Shown piece after piece: positions 55,243 through 64,000 of a stretch of DNA of 64,000 nucleotides. Both the position numbers and the translations under genes were made by a program. Position 1 is the stretch's first letter, and each line of letters starts with the position of its first letter. The DNA lies in assembly GCF_964204645.1 (NCBI RefSeq), contig NC_134030.1, forward strand, positions 6,490,778 through 6,554,777, given 5' to 3'. Under the pieces are notes generated by a model that worked only from the letters and a program-made list of their open reading frames with translations, searched no databases and was not told the DNA's origin. The DNA is from Tubulanus polymorphus (lineage: Eukaryota > Animalia > Nemertea).

Positions 55243-56883
55243 TTACATAACAGCATCGTAATGTACAGCTCCCGGTATCGCGTAACCTAGTAGACTGCCT
55301 CGACCAATCACTTCCCCGGCGAAAAACCAGAAGAAAATTTCAGCCGTGATACAAGCATTCAGGAAACCTTCCTGTAATGAGTAAACAATAAAATACCATT
55401 AGAGTTATCTCCACAACAGATTTTAGGGGTGTCTAGTATCTGAATTTTTTTCTGCAACAGGTTTCAGAGCAGTGGCTGCCCCTTCCATTTTCACATCCAC
55501 CCGTCTGAACATCAGCCACAGCCACCCCTTATAAAGTATACGCTGCCCTAACCAGTTAGTTACCTAATTGTTGGTGGTAAGCCTTCGATGGGCTTATAGC
55601 CAACCAATATGTGGTTTGTGAAAATATCTGATCATGAAACTAAACCACAGACAGGTTACTGACTACCCTAACCAGAGTACTGGTCAATATTCTATCATTT
55701 GCTGATTTAATTGCTTTGAAATATATTGAGCTAATGTGAAAAATAGATGATTACACTGCAAAGTGAAGCTGAAATTGTCTGTATTTTTGGGGGATCGAAA
55801 GCCTTGCTACTTCAGCAGCCACGATGTCAAACACTTAACGATGAATGCAGCCCTTTTAAAATTCGAGCATGGGGAACAGTGGGATCCAACGAATGTTTTT
55901 TGAACTACAATAATTTGTTCTCACTTAAAATTCTCTTCATTCTTCAATTTTCTAGCCCCAGTAATACTTGACTGAAAGCAGCCACGATGTCATACACTTA
56001 TCAATAATGCAAGCCCTTTCAAAAATGCAAAATTCCAGCTTATGGAGAAAACTGGGTCTTTCCAACCCAATTCTTCACTATCTATCTATTGTAGTATACA
56101 AACCTTAACTGTTACAGTCTTCCATTTTCCGTTCTTCGCTGATTTGATAAGATTCTGGAATCCCTGTTGTACCTGAGGAAATTCAGCCGGGGTCGGCGGC
56201 ATCATTTCAACTTTAGCATATTTCCAGAATGTTTGCAGACGCGGTTTAGCGAACGTAACAGCACCTGGAAGAATAAAAAAATCTGATAGTGCTTAACTCA
56301 CACAACTAACAGTTTACAAGTCAGTCAAGATTGTTCACAGTTAACAAAGTAAACACCAAAATAGCAATCAATCCTGGTAAAAGATCAGCACCTCTTGTAA
56401 ATATTTCAATCAATTACAAAATATCACTGTTTCAGACTAAAAATGTCATCAGCAATTCAGTGTGTGTACTGGTTTATTTCATCAACCACGAGTGAGCACC
56501 GGATCTCCACTTTTATTTCAATCCTACACGTGTTGTAGGGTCGAGGCCTATTAAGACGAAGTGGTTACTTATGATATCAAATTTGGTGGTTGGTTGACCA
56601 CCCTGGCCTGTCCTGGTCAGTGTAGTAAAGTAGGTAGGCCTCCCCTCCGCACCCACTAGTCACTACTCTTTACTACTACACTACACTAGCCACACGCAAC
56701 AAACACCAATAATTCAAGCGATTCATACACTGTTATCGTCAAACAAATCATACTCAAGTAACGATAAACACATCGGTGAACGTGTTAAATATCTCATATT
56801 AAACTAATTAATCACGTACCGGTCACTAATTTCGGTCCTTTCGTCGCTAAAGACCCGGCTAGATTCGCTACTTTCTGCGCCAT
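55243..56883 (-). CDS. ATP5MG: Mitochondrial ATP synthase Fo subunit g (missed by the ORF track)
   Basis: Minus-strand exons 56883-56820, 56264-56104, 55371-55243 give MAQKVANL...KPRLQTFWKYAKVEMMPPTPAE...TVKEGFLNACITAEIFFWFFAGEVIGRGSLLGY, including the conserved GExIG GxxxG motif. Confidence 0.93.
55551..55668. repeat. About 120-bp dispersed repeat (uninterrupted copy)
   Basis: AGTTAGTTACCTAAT..AAACTAAACCACAGACAGGTTACTGACTACC. Also at 56996-57055 + 57702-57773, and degenerate at 49018-49111. Confidence 0.8.
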
Positions 56884-56900
56884 GTTTGTTCACAATCTAG

Positions 56901-56926
56901 TCAAGGTCGTCGCAATACGCATGCGT
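56901..56926 (-). promoter_or_regulatory. ATP5MG proximal promoter motifs
   Basis: ERR-like TCAAGGTCG 56901-56909 and NRF1-like ACGCATGCGT 56917-56926. Confidence 0.45.
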
Positions 56927-57055
56927 CAATCTCACGCCGGTGTCCGAATCCGTTTCCTACCGGAGCCGGATCCTCGCTTGCCAGGATAGCTGCCACCAGT
57001 CTAGTTAGTTACCTAATCGTTGGTGGTAAGCTTTTTATAATCGGATGGGCTTATA

Positions 57056-57701
57056 CTATGGTGGCTGATAAGGGCCATAGCGTAAAATTCCTGGTATGTA
57101 AATGAGGGCGCCAGAACGCCAAAACGAAAAAAACGTCAAATTTTCTCTAAAAGTTCGTTTTGGCGCGCCAAAACAAAGAAAATTCCGTTTTGGCGCCCCC
57201 ACCAAAACAACGATAAACGTCCAATTTTCTCTGAAAGTTCGTTTTGGCGCACCAAAACTTTCGTTTTGGCACCACCGCCAAAACGAACTTTAAACCACGT
57301 AAAATAATTCTATATATACGTAAAATATTTTCATATATGCAAATATATGCAAATTACACACAAGATCAACGCGCCAAATTGAAAAATAATTTTACTGTGG
57401 TTGAATGCCTGTTTTGGCGGGGGCGCCAAAACGGAAATAACCGCGCCAAAACGAAATGTTCTTTGTTTTGGCGCGCCAAAACGTTCAGAGAAAATTGGAC
57501 GTTTTTCGTTGTTTTGGCGGGGGCGTCAAATTGAAAGTTCGTTTTGGCGGGGGCGCCAAAACGGAATTTTCTTTGTTTTGGCGCGCCAAAACGAACTTTC
57601 AGAGAGAATTGGACTTTTTTTTCGTTTTGGCGTTCTGGCGTTCTGGCGCCCTCATTTACATACCAGGAATTTTATGCTATGGCCCTTATCAGCCACCATA
57701 T
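57056..57701. mobile_element. Palindromic (foldback) MITE with internal CGCCAAAACG repeats
   Basis: Near-perfect TIR of more than 60 bp (TATGGTGGCTGATAAGGGCCATAGC...), continued by mirrored subrepeats. TA flanks. It interrupts a repeat whose empty form is at 55551-55668. Confidence 0.9.
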
Positions 57702-58012
57702 TATACCAACCAATATGTGGTTTGTGAAAATATCCGATCGTGAAACTAAACCACAGACAGGTTACTGACTACCACCAGTCCAGGTATCATCATCATCGTC
57801 GTCACGGATCAATGATTGAGGCTTGGTCCGGCTCATTTTGCAATGATCAGTGAATTACTTAAGGTGACACAGGAAGAACTTCGATGTTCTCAAATATTCA
57901 CTCCACACGAAAAAACGCGCTTCGCGCTGTAATCGTCGGGTCCACCATACTGGACACCGACCGGCACCCCGCCGGGGCTCCGGCGGCAAAATTTAACTGA
58001 TTTTTCGATAAA

Positions 58013-58295
58013 TTGGGGAGACATGATAATGGTTTTCAACATCATGCACGAAAACTACAATATTGATGGTAACACCATACTTGAGGTAGATAAGCGGACA
58101 CGTCAGTTAAGAGGTCACAGTCAGAAACTTTTAAAACTAAGGTGTAAGAAAGAGCTTTACAGCAACTTTTTCTCGAATCGAGTTGTCAATAAATGGAACA
58201 GTCTGACGGAAAATATAGTCACTGCTCCATCAATAAATTGTTTTAAAAGTAGACTCGATAATTTCTGGGAAGACCAGAAATACCTCGTAAAATAA
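58013..58295 (+). mobile_element. 5'-truncated CR1-type LINE (ORF2 C-terminus)
   Basis: GDMI..F.I...RGHSQKL...FFSNRVVNKWNSL...V.APSIN.FKSRLD is the typical CR1 terminal motif. Confidence 0.85.
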
Positions 58296-59616
58296 ATTTT
58301 GTCAATTCAAATTAATGTCACAAATTACAATAATCGATGGTTTATTATTAGAATTTACTTGTATTCTAATCAAATCTTTAAAACTAATCTAATCAACTAA
58401 ACAATGCTAACATCTCCTTGGTAAATTTGCGGAATGGTGCTCCTAGTGGTACAATGTCGGTGGGATTCATCCTGGTACCTCCGTAGTTGCCGATACGATC
58501 ACCTTCGGCCACACGCACTTTCTTTACCTTTTCAGTATAACACTAACAACATTTGACCGAATAAATCCTTCTCCCTGTAGCAAATTTTAGAAAATCGCTA
58601 GAAATCAAGAGTGTAGCCATTAGAGACTAATCACATTTTTATAAAATTCAACTAATCAACTCTATAAACAATCTAATCTTTTAGTAATGAAAAAAAATAT
58701 ACCAATTATTTGTAATGAAATAAATATTATTAAGTGAGAGAGCTTTTTGTAGAAACCCTGTCACCTAAACCAATATTAATCAACAAACGAGCCGGACACC
58801 AATAGGCCACCACCAGGCCTCCTTCTCCGTGAATTTGAGGGCGACGGCCCGTGACGCAAAAAAACTCTGATCGCTCCGCGCCACGGGACCCCTGCTATTG
58901 GAGCCTGATTCCTATGTAGTGGGGACCGACGTCACCAGATTGAGGGGGAGTAAGTATTTGCTGCGTGTTATTAACAATAGAGAGAATTAGATTCATAAGA
59001 GGCGTGAGTCAGGTGCCCTAGCCGGCCCGCCCGCCTCGCCGAAAGACGTGTTAACCGCTTTCCGGGAAGACCGCGGCCAGAGTCCGTTGATTGAGTCCGC
59101 ATAATAGGGTCTGCATAATAGGTACCAACAGGTGCATGTCCCGCCGTACATGCACTGGTATAACATGCGGATGTGCTGAAAATGTCAAATTTCAGCTATT
59201 GTCTTTCTTTCGTGAACCATAGATCTGACCATCAACTCTGACCGCCTTGTATAATAGGTAAGCTATTCATGCACAGTAACAAAGCGGGTTGATTTGAGCA
59301 TTTTTTAATTTTTACACCACACTTGACTATTATAGTAGCACACTGTCACTGCCACTCCACTCACTGACTGGCACTGACACTGGCACCGCAGAATGAATTA
59401 CAGTTAAATCGCATCTGTTTATAAAAAAAGTTAAATCAGAGAGTTATAATATCATATCTTAATTGTAATAGATTGATTTTTACCTTTTTAGAGATAATTT
59501 TAATAAATTCATTGAATAAAGATAAAAAGCTTTTAATTAATGATTTTATATTTCAATTGATGTTTTTTAATTTTTTGTCTAATTCTAGACTAGTAGGGCG
59601 GAAGAAAGACAGAATT

Positions 59617-61058
59617 ATGGATATTGTATTGCATTTGTGCGATGCAAATATTCTGACGCCATACATCTATCCTAAAACCTGGAAGGAAGATGATCCATTG
59701 AGGCAGATTCTTGGTTTATTACTGATAGTCAATGTTGGTGGTTATTTGCTGTATTTTTCGGTCGCTTCGCTTAGTTATATATTCCTGTATGATAAGAGAT
59801 TGTCACAACATCCACATTATTTAGAGGTATAGTCCGAAATTCGATAATCCAAAAGCCTGATAGTCTACATGTGAAAATGCTTATAACAAAATAATTAAAT
59901 TTGCTTTATCAAATTTGATTCAGAATCAAGTGAAACTGGAGATATTGTACACAATTAAGTCGATTCCTCTAATGAGTTTACCGACAGTGTGTTTGTTCTT
60001 TCTGGAAGTTCGGGGTTATTCAAAACTCTATGACAATGTAGAATCTTCTTTAGGTAAGTTACAGGCTCCACTCTATTCAGATTATCGTTATTATCATATT
60101 AATCTGGTTGATGAGAAATTAGGATTAAGCATCATATTTCACATACATTAAGATGAAGACCATATAAATAGACAACCTTTCGATTTTGCTAATACGTGAA
60201 AGCAAGGGTGGATCCATCCACTTATTGTGAATACTGTTTTGCAACATTATCACTGGACCATAAGGGTTTGTTTGTCAGGGTCTTCCAGCATATTTTAGAA
60301 TTTTATCACCTCAGATGCATTCTGAGCATTTGTAGGGATGTTAGATTTACGGTATTACTCCACACATTGATCCAAAATACTACAAAAGTAAATCTGCTTA
60401 TGCATTTGATGTCTTCAAGAAAAGTCTTCCTTGAAAGAGCTACGAGTACAGTGGTAACAGCGTTAGGCTGGATCCCTGCCTGAAAATAATCAGATGTTAG
60501 ATCAGGGTTTGTTAAAATGTCTATTTCGGTCACTATTATTTTTCAGGAATGGTCGGCGTTGTTTTGACGTGTTTCTTGTTTATTTTTTTCACTGATTCGT
60601 TGATCTACTGGATTCATCGGTTTCTACATCACAAGAGCATCTACAAATACGTACACAAAGATCACCACAAGTGGAAAGTTCCGACGCCGTTCGCGAGTCA
60701 TGCATTTCATCCGATCGACGGATTCCTGCAGAGCGTTCCGTATCACATTTATCCGTTTCTGTTTCCGTTGCACAAATATACCTACCTCGTTCTGTTCGTG
60801 TTCGTCAATATTTGGACGGTTTCGATTCACGACGGTTACTACAGCGTTCCGAACGTGTTCAAGCCGATCGTGAACGGCTCGGCGCATCATATGGATCATC
60901 ATTTATTCTACAACTATAACTACGGTCAGTTCTTCACGTTGTGGGATCGCATCGGAGGTTCGTTCCGGTATCCGTCGGCGTTCGACAATAACGGTCCAAT
61001 CGATGATATGATCAGAAAGGGCATCATCGATGGCGATGAAGTTCAAAAGAAGAAATGA
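59617..61058 (+). CDS. SC5D: Lathosterol oxidase / sterol C5-desaturase
   Basis: Exons 59617-59826, 59924-60053, 60547-61058. His boxes HRFLH, HKDHH, HHMDHH. Also [38 protein letters not shown] and a Lys-rich C-terminus. Upstream non-coding donor at about 59257. Confidence 0.95.
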
Positions 61059-61082
61059 TTCAATTGAAATAACGTGATGTAA

Positions 61083-61246
61083 GGCTGAAAAAATTGATAC
61101 CTTGTTTCTCATTTCTGCTGAGCTTAAAAGTTGACCGGACGCCACCATACAGCTATATAAAAATGATGACACTGATTACAAATTATTTTGCAGTTTACAA
61201 AAGTGGTCCGTTCGATCAGATGAATCAAGGTACCATTTTTCTAGCC
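61083..61246 (+). mobile_element. Kolobok-like MITE (internally deleted) in SC5D 3' UTR
   Basis: GGCTGAAAA..GATACCTTGTTTCTCATTTCTGCTGAG...TAGCC TTAA. Confidence 0.75.
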
Positions 61247-62552
61247 TTAATTCTTTAGTCAACTGAGATCGAACTCAATGATGTATTAAGTATTGTTTAT
61301 TTCTTATCCAGACATGAATAGTAATCCTGCATTACAAGAATATTTTGAATGATTCAATTAAAAAAGTTGAAGAAATATTTCAGGCTGCTTCTATTGACTG
61401 ATGAAGGCAGTAGAATCCGGCGATGATATTTTTGCTTATTAAATTGAATTATCTTAGTCATTCTTGTGATGCAAGATTCTTATTTATTTACATCTTCACG
61501 GATATCATGTTGATAATATCAGTTTGATGATTGGTCCTAGTATCTGATTCAGGATATCATCATTTTTTGAAGAAATTGTGGGATCCAAGTTAAAGAAACG
61601 TTTTGACATTCGGATTTAGAAACAAATTTGACATCCAGATAACTGATTTGACCATATGTCTCCCACCACTATTCTATTCTGTGTAGACCTACACGTGATA
61701 CATAACAGTGTTTAACATTTTCTTTTATCCTGAATATTGTGATAATTTTATTTGATTTACACCAATTATACATGTTTATACGTGTTTTGTGGACTTGTAT
61801 CGGTAATTGTCTTAGGATATTTTATTGTCTCCATCACAATTTATGTGCTTAACCAATATTTTTGAATAAACAAAGTTATTTAAATTTAGTACACTCAAGT
61901 TATATTTTTATCTCAATTAATATTCTCATTCGGGACCTGTTTCAATATTTCTCTGGTCAAGAGTTAAAACACTGAACGAATGCCAACTCGAAGTCAAACT
62001 TTAACGATATGGCACTGGACGCTGGCATATCACGGCCCGCTAAACATACAAAAACTATGATATCGATAACTCCTGCCATCTATATACGTATAATTCTATC
62101 CTCTGGCATGCACATGTGGCGCCTTTTCAATGAAAAATTATTTACGAAGTGTCGAATATCATTCACATCCTAAATGAGGCAGAATAAGTAAAATTTTTCA
62201 TAGCTACGATCTTTGTAACCTAATTTTATTACATCATCTTTATTTTTCTGTGTATTTCATATGAATTAACGTGAAAATTTAAACCCGTCGTTGCTGCGAA
62301 CGGATCTGAATTTTAGTCAACAAAGGCCAGCGCATTTCTGAATGAGTCACTAGACCCCCACTCTCTGCGCTGACATTCCTTCTTCAGGACATTCATTAAA
62401 CTCGCTTTAAATCGTTGGAACGGTCTATTCTGCGTGATATTTCGCCATGGATATTATGTACGCGTGTTTATTTGTATTTCTGTGTATCACTAAAGGTAAT
62501 TATCAGTTTCTGTTGAGAGTCCTCCATTAATTTTTCTTGATGATGTAAATTA

Positions 62553-63101
62553 CTAATGTCTATTTATTAATGGATGAGACCTGTTTTTCTGGGATATTTT
62601 GCTTACTATTTTGGGGCACATACCTCATTTATGTCTTAACAGAATGCCAAAAATCGCGGACAACAACTGAATATCCGATATTATTCCAGTTCTGTACCGA
62701 TTAGATGGATTGGCAAAAAGACTCATTAAGTCCAGTTGAATGAGAGAGAAAATCCTCCATTTTGTGAAATTTCTTGGATTTGAACATTGTTACCATGCCT
62801 ACGCCACCCTGATTTAGTTGTTGAGACCCCACAAGAAAAATAACTTCATTTTGTAGGCATGGTGACAATGTAAAAATTCAAGAAATTTCACAAAATGGAG
62901 CATTTTCTCTCTCATTCAACTGGACTTTAGGAGTCTTTTTGCCAATCCATCTAATTGGTACAGAACTGGAAATATATCGGATATTCAGTTGTTGTCCGCG
63001 ATTTTTGGCATTCTGTTAAGACATAAATGAGGTATGTACCCCAAAAAGTAAGCAAAATATCCCAGAAAAACAGGTCTCATCCATTAATAAATAGACATTA
63101 G
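62553..63101. mobile_element. Long foldback MITE, about 250-bp arms, 50-bp spacer, TA TSD
   Basis: TA-CTAATGTCTATTTATTAATGG... is mirrored by ...CCATTAATAAATAGACATTAG-TA. Loop at 62803-62852. Confidence 0.9.
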
Positions 63102-64000
63102 TACTACGAGTTACGACAGCAAAAAACGTCCCACCGCATTATTAACAATTTCTTGAGTTGAGAGTAACATTGGATTCATTTCGACAAGATAAATGAAGGG
63201 AAGGCCAAAAATTAACGACAACACCCCTCACAACAAAAATAAACGCAGGCTCTCACAAATTCAAATTAATTTTTTCTTATTTAGAAGGGCCTATTTAGAA
63301 ACACCTAGCTATAGGCCTAATTTTAGATAGGTATTCCTGCAATAATAATTTTGTATGATGTACGGTAAATACAAAATAGCGTAAACACATTGTTGCAACT
63401 ACTAAGCCTATGGTATTTATCTACCGTTATCTTTAGCCACACTGATTCCTGCCTCTGAAATTTGAATCTTAAAACTACAACTATCCTGGAATTAACCTAC
63501 ACGATTCTGCGGTTAGGTGTCCAAAATGGTTATGTAACCTTACTATCATCCTAATCCTTAGATTAACACTATAGCCGTGAGGAATCGAAAAGGGACCGAA
63601 ACTGCAGTTTGACCAGTTGGGCGCAGTCATAAGGCCCAGGGTCCATACACAAAGATCGAACTAGCGAAGTGTATTTAATTGCAAATTGTGGCCAATTTTC
63701 ATCACAAATCCCAATTTATCCTGGCGGTGGTAATATGGATCCATAAACTGACCATCAAAACTGGTGCCACGTAGTAGCAGTCTTCTGAGTGAAACTTTCT
63801 TTTCTTTTCAGGGCTTCTGTTAGTAGACGCGCAGCAGTTGACTGCCTCGGTACTAGTTTCTCCGCCGACGCAAATAAAAGGCGACAAAACGACATTGATA
63901 TTGACGTATGAACCAAAGTCGACACTGTCCACAAACATAAATGTTCAAATAAAGAAAGTTATAGTGTCGCCTAATAAGAATGAAATGGAAAACGTGGCAA

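Noticed and set aside
57102-57768. Several repetitive ORFs (FGAPK/FWRAK)
   Set aside because: They are translations of MITE subrepeats. Units are irregular and mirrored, so this is not a CRISPR array either.
63702-63938. 78-aa ORF at the window end
   Set aside because: No recognisable homology or exon structure.

Overview
AT-rich, intron-containing DNA from an invertebrate animal (probably a lophotrochozoan-type bilaterian; the species cannot be fixed from sequence). Genes in order: 5'-partial SIK3 kinase (+), HIG1-domain gene (+), intronless class A GPCR (+), DCLK3-type kinase with two DCX domains (-), SEC61G (+, head-to-head with DCLK3), fibrillarin (+), ATP synthase subunit g (-) and lathosterol oxidase SC5D (+). 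Many short TIR elements (MITEs) and two LINE 3' remnants lie between and inside them. Most notable: (1) fibrillarin introns host a mixed snoRNA array, with two paralogous C/D and two to three H/ACA RNAs, three of them in one intron; (2) an orphan SHMT2-like exon with its splice sites sits between TIR ends, antisense in a DCLK3 intron; (3) a palindromic MITE rich in E2F-type motifs is nested in another repeat just upstream of ATP5MG; (4) one Kolobok-like MITE family was seen only in putative 3' UTRs, sense-oriented, in three genes; (5) DCLK3 has a hidden in-frame microexon and a candidate internal coding first exon. Exon boundaries were read by eye. Family assignments come from remembered motifs, not from searches.
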